In this document: positions 26,031 through 39,611 of the stretch, piece after piece
Numbering within the stretch: position 1 is the first letter of the stretch
Layout of the letters: each line of letters starts with the position of its first letter
Assembly: GCA_964016885.1 (NCBI GenBank)
Contig: OZ024747.1
Location: 30,566,001-30,630,000, forward strand
Direction: 5' to 3'
DNA length: 64,000 nucleotides
Source of the DNA: Eledone cirrhosa
Taxonomy: Eukaryota
Translations under genes and position numbers: made by a program
The notes under the pieces: model-generated
What the model saw: only the letters and a program-made list of their open reading frames with translations
Database searches by the model: none
Told to the model about the DNA's origin: nothing

Positions 26031-28529
26031 ACTGTGTATATCACATGGTTCAATTAATTTTTGAATGTGCAGCCTTGCTAATTGGTTGTATGGTGGTAGC
26101 TGCTCTACTCTGGTAAAGAAATTTGATCCAAGCATGCATAGCTTCTTGATAACTTTTGTAAAATTTCTGACCAGAAAAAACTTTAGTTAAGTTTTTTTTA
26201 TAGATATTTTGGCAATCTATAGTTGCTACAGTAGAGATTGTGAAAGTGTGAAGACAGAATGTTTGGGAAGATTATAATACTACCAAATATTTTTCTTTGT
26301 TATTTCTTGTATGGTTTGCAGTATGAACTTCAAGAATGCTATATACATCATCATCATCGTTTTACATCCACATTTTCATGCTGGGAAGGTTTGAGACAAT
26401 ATTTTACAGTCTGATGCCCTTCCTGATGCCAACCATTTTAGTTGCTGCCTATGACATGCAGGGATTATACCTATACCCAAAACTGGGATACACATGCTAC
26501 TCAGATATATATGTTGGCATTACTAAGATTCATATTCATATTGAATTTATTAAGACATTAATTGTAAACAAATTTGCACCATAATTTAAAAATATATTTC
26601 CATATACAATTTTGTAATAGAATATATATTATTTAAACCTTTAATGTTTTGAGTTCACATCTCAGTGGAATCAATTTTATATACATATCGACAGCCGATT
26701 GACTTTCATCAAATCGGACCAAGGAAACAATGTTTCCATTGGTCATTCCTATTGCTACAATATACATATAAATATACATATAAATATACATATAAATATA
26801 CATATAAATATACATATAAATATTAATATCAGATATGATTAAAATTGTATATCCAAGATTGTAGAACATGTAAAGAATGAACCTTAGTTAGCTTTTACTT
26901 GAAACATGACATTTCAGTGTTGTTTACATTATCTCGTTTTGATTTATGTTAGCTATGCTTGTAAATAAACAAGTTTATTTTTAACCATTACCTCTGTTGT
27001 GGTCTTACTGTTGAGGTGAATACATACTTTAGTTCAGAGTAAAACAGATATATGTGTATTTTATTTTAATATGTATGCCTTGAATAATTTTCAGTTCGTT
27101 ATATATTTTATATACAACTACTTTATATAATTTTCAGAGTTGACTCAATCTAAAGTAGATTAAGAGATTAGATAAAGAGATTATCAATTGTTATGAAGAC
27201 AAAATAAACACTTTCATTTAAATATAAAGATAAGATGACTTTGGTAGAATTTTAACCCTTTTGTTAACAACTTGCCTGAAATTGCCTATGATTTTATGAT
27301 ACAAAACTATCGATCTTATAATGGTTGATATTTAAATAAAATCTATTCATCAAAATTTTATTTAAGAATCTTTTCTTAAGTTATATTCCAAACACTAGTT
27401 TGATATAAAGGTAAAAAAATCTCTCTGGAGAGATGGGCAATAGAAGGTCTTCAGAGAAGAAACCCCCACCTCAAGCAAGTGTTTCAACCCTGAAAAAGAT
27501 TTAGTTGTGTTACTAAGGTCCTCTAGATTCTGGTGAAATTTCAAAACTCATTCCAGCAAATTGGCCTAGTCATTAGAACATAGACAAAATACTTTGCAGT
27601 CCTTGTTTCAGCTCTCTGTGATCTGAGCTCAAATTCTGTGGGTGGCAATTTTACATTTTATCATTTCAAGGTCATTAAAATAAAGTACCAGAGCAGTGAA
27701 TTGCTGAAATTATCTCAAATGAGATTCCTGGCAGTATTTGTTCTGGCTCTTTTCATTCTGAGTTCAAATACTGGTCTGGCCTACTTAGAAATCTTAATCC
27801 ATCACTCAGTTTAACACTTCCATTTGGCCACAGGATCACATCAACAAAGCCAAATTTGTTGCAAACATTTTAGGCCTAGTCTTTTGTTTAAAGATACCTC
27901 CATCCATCCCTTCAGATGCTCTGCAAAAAAGGATCACTAGGACTATTGTTTTCGTTCTGATTAAACCCTGAAAAAATTTATTATGGGCAGTCACCCTCTA
28001 AAGTGGTCATATTGGTGACACTCCACCATGTAAAGTGGTCGTGTTGATGACATGACAAAAAATACCCAGTCCACCCTGTAAAGTGGTCATGCTGGTGATA
28101 CAACAAAAAGCACTCAGTACACATTGTTAAGTGATATTTTGGTGTCAATAAAAATCGCCCAGTCCATGCTGTAAATGTGGTTGGCATTAGGAAGGGCATT
28201 GAACCATATAAACCAAGCCAGAAACAGTTCTATATGAGCAAGACACAGTCACCTGATCTGACTTGTCTCACAAAGGGACAAATCATCTAACCCATCTTAG
28301 CTTGGAAAAAATGGACATTAAACATTGATGATGAAAATGATGATCGCTAGGAAAAAGTTGAATAGATCAAACTCATTGTCAAATGGGGTATTCAGTTATC
28401 AAGAAATGTAGCTACGTGCAGCGGCCACATTGACTGAGGCTAAATATGTATAAACAGAAAAGAATGTCTGTTAACACTTTAACAACTCAGGTCTTGTGAT
28501 TCTTTTGTTTGAGAAACATATATAGATAT

Positions 28530-28833
28530 AATAGAATTAGGATTTAGCTTCATGCATAGCTGTATACAGATATGTATTGAAATTTCGTATTTCTAAAGAA
28601 ATATGGTATGTTTATAAGTAAACATTTAGAAAGCCGTACCTATGCAAAACACTGGGGAAAGCTGTAGCTATGCAAATCACTGGAGGTAACACCAGAGAGT
28701 GTTAGCCCCAGTGTTTTGCATAGATATGACTTTCTAAATGTTTACCTATAAACATACCATATTTCTTTAGAAATATGAAATTTCAATGCATATCTTTATA
28801 CAGCTATGCATGAAGCTAAATCCTAATTCTATT
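28530..28833. repeat. ~128-bp inverted repeat of a PLE-type terminal repeat
   Basis: 28530-28657 versus 28706-28833. A third copy at ~29035 is split by an RTE insertion. Confidence 0.85.
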
Positions 28834-28954
28834 CTATTACAAATTGAGCCAACTTATGCAGCTTCATATTCAAATGAGATTAATCACCTCATTTACACAG
28901 ATGAGAAAACCATATATTCTTGCCTGTTTTCAAGTCCAGCAGTCGCAAGAGTGA

Positions 28955-29006
28955 GGGATCATCCTGATGAGAACCAGTTAAGTTCGAAATGCATCAACGA
29001 TTGTCC
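28955..29006 (+). ncRNA. Hammerhead motif with intact core and degraded stem I
   Basis: CTGATGA-gaac/gttc-GAAA-tgca-TC. Confidence 0.6.
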
Positions 29007-29070
29007 CCATTGCTTCTGCTGGAGACCACCAGAGTGCGTTAGCCCCAGTGTTTTGCATAGCTACAGCTTT

Positions 29071-30417
29071 CATCATCATCATCATTTTAAGTCTGCTTTT
29101 CCTTGCTTGCAAGGGTGGGACATGTCCTATTCAGCACAGCATCTCTCCACTTGTCATGGTCCTTCATCATCTCCTCGGTGAGTTTCAGCAATCTGAGGTC
29201 TGCTCTCACCACCTCCGCCCATATTTTTCGTGGTCTTCCTCTACTGCGTCTTACTTCTCCTGGGATTTCTTGTCACTTCTTTACCCAGCAGTCATCCTCC
29301 ATGTGCATCACATGTCCATACCATCTCAGCCTTCTCTCCTGCACACCACCACTTATCCCTCTTATACCCAGTTTCTTTCTCAACTCATCTATGCTTGGTC
29401 GTTCACGCACATTGACATTGCACATCCAACGAAGCATACTTGCTTCATTTCTCTCCAACCGTCGCATATCCTCTGCAGTTGCTGCCCATGTCTCACTACC
29501 ATGCAGCATCACGCATATCATACAGGCATCATATAACCGTCCTTTCGTATGCAGGGAGAAACCCTTCTTTGTCAACAAAGGAAGCAGCTCCCTAAACTTC
29601 TTCCAATCCATCCTTATTCTAGATACTCTTGCCTCGGAACAGCCCCCCCTCCCCCGTTCCCATGTTAATCTGATCACCTAGGTACCGGAAGCTATCAACC
29701 ACTTCTATAGAACCCACCTGCATTTGAAAAATGTGTCTATCACTGTGATTATTACTGCCAACTTTCCCTGTACATAGTTTTCCCTACCTGTTAGTTTGCC
29801 TGCTATCCCACTACATCTCTTGTGTACCCAGGATCTGCATTGTGTACATTTTATGGAATTTATGCCATTTCTTTTTATACATATCGAATCAGAGTATTGT
29901 CCTCTCTTCTACTTATCAACACTTTTGTCTTAGCTATGTTCACTCTCAGTCCTCTTGATTCCAACTGTTGTTTCCATAGCCTGAATTTATTCTCTCGCTC
30001 CTGTACTGATTTTGCTATAAGAACTAGATCATCAGCATAGAGAAGTTCCCATGGGCATCCAGTCTTAAACTCCTCTGTTATGGCTTGAAGGACTATAATG
30101 AATAAGATCGGGCTGAGGACTGAACCCTGATGTACACCACTTGTATCTGGAATTCTTCACTAAACTCCATTCCTACTCTCACTATACTGACAGTACCCCT
30201 GTACATAGCTTGCACTGTCCTCACAAGTCATTCCTCTACACCTAGTTTCCTTAGGGACCACCAGATGATAGATCGGGGTACCCTATCAAAGGCCTTCTCT
30301 AGGTCAACAAAAGCTAAGTATAGTGGCTTATTCTTCTCTAATAACCTCTCTTGTAGTTGTATCACTAAGAAAAGGGCATCTGTTGTACTTTTCCGAGGCA
30401 CAAAACCAAACTGCATC
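29071..30417 (-). mobile_element. 5'-truncated RTE-clade LINE (RT through 3' tail)
   Basis: QFGF..STTDA, FVDLEKAFDRVPR, GVHQGSVLSP, LLYADDL, LHGSETW, RLRWYGHV; (GAT)n tail at 29071. Confidence 0.93.
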
Positions 30418-30835
30418 TAAATGTTTACCTATAAACATACTGTATTTCTTTAGAAATACAAAATTTCAATATATATATAGATATATTTTTGTATGTGCTT
30501 CTCAGCAATACTATGTCAGTCCAAATGAAACTGAGACTTCTAGAAGTCAAATATATGTTAATATGACCATCATATTTATGTTACTGATTCTTGGTAGAAA
30601 CAAGAGAAATATTACCTTTGTCTTTGGAGTGATGATGATATCTATATAAATATTTGTGCAGTTTAGTAAAAGGACCAATTATCTTTCTGATATTTACTTT
30701 TAATAATTCTTGTTAATAGTAAGCACATGACAGATAGGTTTGCAAAATTTGTATCTAACCAGCTGTCCATTAGATTTGTCATTTTTTCTTAAATCTAAAT
30801 AAGTTCTATTCAGCTAACTTACAAACACACACACA

Positions 30836-30896
<61 letters not shown>

Positions 30897-33656
30897 ACTC
30901 TCTTTCACTCTCTCCCTCTTTATATATATATATTTGTGAAGGAACATGGGGCTGTGTAATTGCTGGATAAAGTGTATTTATAAATAAGAGGAAAGCACGA
31001 ACAGGTTGTAGTTTTCCTTCATCAGTTGTCTTCTGGAGATCATGAACATTTCTACGCATTAGGAAGTTATTGGGGAAAAATTGAGAGAGAGATATATATA
31101 TAAATAGAAGGGAAAAAAGAAAGAAAAATAACAGAAAAAAATTGGAAAAAACATACCGAAGAGGGAAACACGAGAAGCACGTGTAGTAGCAACAGAAGAG
31201 AAAGAAAGGTTGTCAACATCAGCTACTGTACTTAAGACCGAGGTTGAGAAGATGGTGAAACAGAGCGAAAAAAAAAACAGGTTTGAGTAGAAAACAAGAG
31301 GCAGAGTCGAGAAAAACAGTGGAAGTAGCAGGGTAGCTAGCAGAGAGAGGGAGAGTAAAAGTGAGAGGGAGAAATGGAGAGAAAGAAAGAGAGCAGAAGA
31401 GTTGATAGTGACAAAGTAGATAGGGAGAAAGAGAACAGGTCACAGCAAAATTAAATAAAGATTTGTGAAGGAAGGAACAGGGGCTGTGTTGTTGCTGGAT
31501 AAAGATTATCAAATGCAAAAGTGTACATGAATGGGATGTCCCATTGTGGACTCTGCTATATGGAACAACTCCATATTCTACAATATAATATAATTGTTTC
31601 TACCTTTGGCACAAGGCCAGCAATTATCCAGTACATTACTGGTACTTTATTTTATCGACCCCGCAAGGATGAAAGGCAAAGTCAACCTCGGCGGGATTTG
31701 AACTCACACTACAATATAATATAATGCTGCTTAACAGCAAAATCAAGCAGACAAATTTCTGTCAACACAAAGCCACTAGTAAATTCTCTAACTAAAAACC
31801 GAGATGAACAAGATTCGATCCGGCAACCTCATTATCATATAAACAAAATAACTCCCCAGATTTAAAACGTCTGCAATACTGGTACCAACAAACCAATTTT
31901 ACACCTCCTTACTATGATTGAATGTCAGCCACGTACAGGTGAAAGCTTCATACAATAGTAAGAAAAGTAATGAACTTTTGACCAATTGGACATAAGATCA
32001 AACAACGCTCTTTATAGACACACCTTCTCACATACAGCAACCTATATTGCAAACATTATCATCAATCTTCGCTTCCATTAAGATAATACTTTGCAGAATA
32101 ACCCAATCTTAATTACCCATCTGTTATCATTATCTTTTTATTTTATATTTTGCTGTTTCATCTATTTAACCCACCCCCACTGTATTTGAATGCTGCCACT
32201 ATCCCCGCATCCCATTTTATTACACTATCAAGTTACCTTAAATATCTCCCTTATCATATCATCTCTTCATACCACTTCTCTTATTTTTTCCATGTTGTTA
32301 TTATTGTTATACTATTTTACGCCTCTATCCCAATACCCAATATCCCCCTCATCCCTGCACCCCCGCCCCTATTATCATTATTGTTATTATTGTTTTCATT
32401 CATGTTATTTTTCCATGTATCTATAAATAAAAACGCACTGTATCATGCATACAGATCAGTATTCTGATGATTTGGCGTGTATCGACTGTAATTAAAATCG
32501 AGTGACGTAGCCTCTGGCAATCAGCGATTTTTAGACACACTGGACTAATGATAATTGTTAATACTTTGAATAAACCCTATTTTACAGCCAGCCACGTAAT
32601 TCTTCACTCATTTACTATATATATATATATATATACACATATATATATAGTCGATCGACTTTCATTAAATTGGACCAAGGAAACAATGTTTCCATTGGTT
32701 ATTCCAATTGCTAATACTATCTTATTGGTCACAATTCCAGGTAGAAGGAGCAACGTGCTGGACTAGCTAAGTCAGTACTATTGATCACTCCTCTCAGAAA
32801 GGCTAGGCTGGAGGGGAGGGGACCTTGCTTGCAGAGGACACCTGGTACATTTTATCATATCATGAGGTTTGCTTAGTGGGATACCCTTTCTATCATCATC
32901 CAATTTTATTGCATATCCATAGTGTCTCCCAAATATCTCAAATAAAGGCAACATCTGATTTGTTTTAATAATCAAACTATTTTGTCATCTCCTTTGCCAT
33001 TCATCATATTTAAAGAATATATGCAAGAGAATTAGATTCAACTTTTCCCATTACCTGACTTACTAGCTTCATTAACTTGGGCTTTACTATCTTCCTTCTA
33101 AGATTATGGCTTTGACGTATGTGTCAGACAGATTTTATTAGTACATTGAGAAAATCCGCATATAATAATGAGCTTAGTGTTTTTGTTCTCAATTACACTA
33201 AAGAGATAGTATGGAAATAGGATACAGTGAAATGACAGATATAGAATGAGTGAGTGACAGCAGACATAAAATTAAAATGTGTAGTAGGATGAGTTGTTTA
33301 TCACATTGTATTGTCTGGTAAACGGGAAAAGTGAGAGTAAGAGAATACAAATGAAAGTGGGTTGGAATAAGAGGTAAATTAACTTTAAGGAGGACTTGCA
33401 GTTTTGTTAAGAATATCATAACAAAAAGAACTTTAGGAATAATGGTAATGACATGTATATCTCTCAAAGTTTTGTATAGTAATATATATGTAAATACAGT
33501 ATCATTTTTAATTCAAATTTTATGATTTTAATTAAAACATCAGGCACTACTGTCAAATATGGGTCCATAGATTTACTTTCATTAAGGTTCCATCAACTAA
33601 AGAACATTGAAGACATAATCAAGAATGTAAATGTTTTCATTATTAAATAGTTCAGA

Positions 33657-33850
33657 GGGCGATGGATTGGCAGTATCGGTAGAGAGTCGGACACCATGCT
33701 TTGAGGCATAGAGTTATGGCCTTTGCCATTCTGAGTTCAAATCCCGCCGAGGTTAACTTTGCCTTTCATCCTTACGGGGTCGATAAAATAAAGTACCAGT
33801 AATGCACTGGGGTAATTGCTGGCATTGTGCCAAAATTAGAAACTATTATT
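33657..33850 (+). mobile_element. SINE A copy
   Basis: Matches the family consensus. Confidence 0.9.
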
Positions 33851-36800
33851 AAATAGTTCTATTCTTTAAATACTTTCATTTGTGAATGTCAAAAAATAAA
33901 TTTTAGAATAATCAAAGGGATAATGGAAATGAAACATCATGTAGTTGAATACCACTTGGAAATATCAAGTAAAATCTTGTTGAAGGCATTTCCAGCAATT
34001 TGACCAAATGATTGATGTTACATGTACTCAGAAGTAACATGCTTTAGAGAACATGTCATGCATTGCTAAAACTATTAGTATTCGCCAGTTATGCCATCTG
34101 TTTAGTGGACCAGGGAAAGATGTTATGAGTAAAAAAACTTTCATTTTTGATGCCATAAGTGTTTGTGTGCTTATACATGTAAATAAGACCGTTATTGCGC
34201 CAATCAATCCACAAGACACTTAGCAAACACCCTAAACTGAACACTAACCTGCACCCATGACACCTGCTAAACCAATCAGTGACCCATCCTCCAAATTTGG
34301 CAAACTGAATGCGGACCGTCCACCTTCCAAAACTTGACAAATCAAACAGGACTGCAACAGCTGCCATTATTTTCAGCAGGCATATTTATGGTCTCAACCA
34401 TTAGGCTAAGATCAATGTGAAAGTTTTACTTTTGAATACAAATACAATTTACAAATTCTTTAATTAAAAAGAATTTATACATGCTTTCACACGTTGTTTT
34501 GAATAGGTGCATCATTCACTATTTAATTAATAAAACTGGAATCAGTTTTAATGACTCAGAAGCCCTAGTATCATGAATAATTTGTAGTATGAATTTTCAT
34601 AAAACAGCCAGAAGATATAAACTTATTCTAATAAGACATGTGCAACAAGGGTTTAATGATGGAAACAGATACAGAATTACAGTATACAAACACGTAACTA
34701 TACAAATATGTATTTAATTGAAGGAACAAAAAAGTAAAACTTAAATATAATAAATTACATCTTAATGATATTACGAAGTTTCACCAAGACATCCAAAAAT
34801 ACTCCCACCACATAGTAGAGGTACATGGCCAAGTGGTCAGGGTGTTGGACTTATGATCATAATGCTGAGGGTTCAATTTCTGGTCTGGACTGGGTTGTGT
34901 GTTGTGTTCTTGAGCAAAACACTTTATTTCAAGTTTCTCCAGTATACGCAGCTGAAAATAAGTACCAGTAATAGTTGGGGGTTTAACCCTGTGATGGATT
35001 GGAGTCATGTGAAGGAGGGAATCTTGTACTCTCAGTCACTTAATGCAACTTAATGCAGCCTCCATGTTAGACACACAAATGTACATATAATGATACTCCT
35101 CCCAACACAAACAAATATACATATTACAAATACATTTAGAAAATAAGATTAAGAAAAAAACATTGCATCTTACCCGATCCTCTAATTTCTGTCCAAGACA
35201 GCCTAAAGCCTTTTGCACCAAGTGACCGACTAGAACTTAGGAAACTGAAATAAGTTGAAATAAAATAAATTAATATCACGAAAAAAAAAAAAAGATTAAA
35301 TAGATAAATTATTAATTGTTAAAATCTTGACATTTAACAATAAAAAAAACCCAGAAAACAAAAATACACAAAATAACAGCAACATAATTAGATCAAGCAT
35401 AGAAAGATGACTTATGATGATGATGATGATGATGATGACAAGTTATGTCTCTGTGACTAAAACTTAAGAACTATATTTAGAATGTTATACCTATTCCCTT
35501 CACAAACATGCCACCACCCCCAACCAAAATAGCTATTTTAAGCACCTTATCAATCATTCTACTGTTCACTTCATAAAACAATGTCAACTGAGTGCTAACA
35601 TTTCTCTACTAGACAACAGTAATCTTATTTTGTGCTGTTTGAAGTCAACTTCTCATTGACCAATGTGTCAAGAACCCTGTATAAGACGATTGCTATGATT
35701 TTGTCATCATTAGCAGCTCACTTTACCAAGGGTGCTTGGTTGTTTCAGTGCCTCAGCCTCGCCATCACCTGTAGTAATACTGTGAGTGTGTTGGCTTGCC
35801 TAAAAAAGGTCTCATGCCTCTTGTGGTGTGACCGTAGTGGTGAATCAATGTTTTTTTCCCTTTGTGTATTATATTTATAAAGTTTTATAATAAAAGTTAG
35901 AAAATTTTCTGAGGAAGCTCAATATTGTATTACTATAGTTGCAGATCACATGCTCTCATTTACTTAGGTTTTTAACTCCAAACATTCTTCAGATCAAGAC
36001 TAAAGAATTGTTTTAAACACATATTTAATCTGATTTTATAATGTGTGGTGAAATGTATAATTAAATTGTTTGCATTAGAGGTAGTAGGAAGTAAGAATCA
36101 TTGTAAGTGAATGTTCAGTTAGACCTAACAAGTATATAATATATGTATATAGAATATGTTGTTTCTTCATACAATGATCTTTAATCAAATATACATACTA
36201 AATTAAAGGAAATTATGAGAATGTATTCACCAATAGATTTCTTTATTACTACACATAAAGAAAGATCCCCTTCTGTCATGAATGAGTATGGGATTTGCAC
36301 CTGATTCTGGTTTGGTTTTTACGGCTGGATGTCCTTCCTAACACCAACAACATTAAAAAATGTGTACTGGGTGCTTTTTCCCATGACACCTACATGACCA
36401 CTTTCAGAGGATCAAAATATAGGTTTTCTTAGATTAGTGAATTGGTCTAAAAGATACTTCAACAGAGTGGCGTTTTCCAAAACCTCAATAGGCCAAATGG
36501 TGGTGTTAAATTTTGGTGACTGATTAAGTCTAATAACCAAGAACATGTATGGTTAATTAAAAAATCGTTTAATCACAGTTTCTTTTTGTCTATCTATTTT
36601 CAGTCACAAATCTTAGGATAGCCTGAGACTAAGGTAGGAAGACTTAGGATGGCCTGAGACTAAGGTAGGAAGACACATTCACAAATTATTATGTTGTAAG
36701 ATTGAACGAATATGCACATGAGTGCAAAATGAATTTCTAAACCATATAGCCATGCCTGTACTGATATAATTTGATATACATGAACAGACCATCAACACTT

Positions 36801-37816
36801 GTCAGATATCATTAAAAGATGTTATATTTTATGCCACCAGTAAATGTTTGTCTAACAAAGTTGAGCTGCAGAACAATCATGTATTCCATTTCATAATGTT
36901 TATTATGATTCTCTAAAGCTTTTTATTTCTGCTGTCATATAGAGATAAAACCAAATGTCCAAACATTGTCATCTTGAAATATGTAGAAAACAATATTATA
37001 TTACATAATAAAATAGAATCAGCAAAAAGAGTTATTAATAATCTCCTATATTAAAGAGTCTGCTTGAAGCAGCAATCTCCTGCATAGAAGAACTAACTCG
37101 TTGACTTTCCATATTACCATTAGAGCAAAATAATAAAGAACACATCAAACTTCATAATGGTATCAATTCATTGAAGAAAGGTTTTATATACTCATTCTTC
37201 CCATCCTCATCATTTTATGTGGCCTATGCGAATATATTTATATATACGCACACATACATACACATGAGTACAGACATATATGAAATCATATTCCAGGAGT
37301 TGACTGATGAGCAAAATACATGCTTTTGTTCATTAATCATCTGTATCCATTTTCTCTTTCTGTGTGCAGTTTTACTCATGTATATACACACCCTGCCTAC
37401 ACAGCTAAAACTTCATCCTTCTATTTTGGTCACCAGACAACCAAAGGACTGCAGAATATCAAGAGTACCCTATCTCATATGCATCTTGGATGCTGTAAAG
37501 TGTTTGGCGATAGGAAGGGTATTCAGTCATAGAAAGCTTGCCGAAGTTAGGAAGACTTTTCAGTTGTGTCAAGGACATAAGAATCTCTCTTGTGCTGGTG
37601 CCACAATAAAATGCACTCAATAGCCCTGCTTTATTACTGACTCTGTGAAGACCTGTCCAGCCCTTGCTAGCAGGGAAAGTGGATGTTAAATGATGATGTG
37701 TGTAAATATATATATATATCATAAAAGGTGTGGTAAACTACCAGGTGGACTATAACTCACCAGAGAACTCAATACTTGGCGTAGGAGAGTGGGTAATATA
37801 AAGAGTTCAGATCTAG

Positions 37817-38794
<978 letters not shown>

Positions 38795-39611
38795 TACATA
38801 TATGTTTGTGTGTATATATATAGTAATATTAATAAATTTGAAGACTAAAATCCAAAGAGGGCTCGATAAGGATAAATATATATCAAATATATAAGAACCG
38901 TAGAGCAAATATTTATTAAAATAACAGATTAATCTGTTATTTTAATAAATATATATATTAAGTAAATATCTTAAATCATTTGGAAGCCTCGACAATGCAA
39001 ATGGGTAAATCTCCGGGTAACAAGATCCAGTGGTGGAGAGAGAGATAGATGTAAGTGGGTGTACGTTGAGATGCGTGGTGTGTATAAGATGTGTAGAATG
39101 AAGGGAAGAGTATAAAGGATAAAATAAAAATAACAACACAAGAGAGAGTTACCTTGGGAGAGATTTAATAGTCCCTATATATTTCGGATTCACATCCATC
39201 AACTGGGGTTTTTTTCCGGGGTGGGGGAAAAGGTTGTCTGTCGGACAGGTGTGAAACGCGTCCTCCGGTGTTTGTTGTTTTGAATATATGAGGTATTCGG
39301 CAGAGCACGCGTGCGCGTGAAATGGGGTCGGTCGGGCAGAGGTCAGCGGCCGAATGAGGGAGTGGGATGGCGCTAGCTGTCAGTCCATTCTCTGCCTGTT
39401 TGTTAAAGGTTACTGTGTGTGTGTGTGCATGTGTTGTTGTCTTGCTTGAGTGTGTGTGTGTGTGCGTGTGTTGTTGCCTTGTTCCTCTGTATTGGCAGTG
39501 TAGTATGTTCGTATGGTGGAATGCTACTGTGTGTGTGTGTGTGTGTAGTTGTCTCGTTTGTGTGTGTGTATGTGTGTGCGTGTGTTGTGTGTTACTGCAT
39601 CGTTTGTTAAC

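Noticed and set aside
30985-31030. Minus-strand CTGATGA plus stem II
   Set aside because: GAAA and the downstream half are missing; at most a truncated relic.
37304-37336. CTGATGA followed by a hairpin
   Set aside because: No GAAA or stem III.
14400-37700. Host-gene exons in the unique AT-rich stretches
   Set aside because: No ORF with recognisable protein motifs. Small exons cannot be excluded without RNA-seq.
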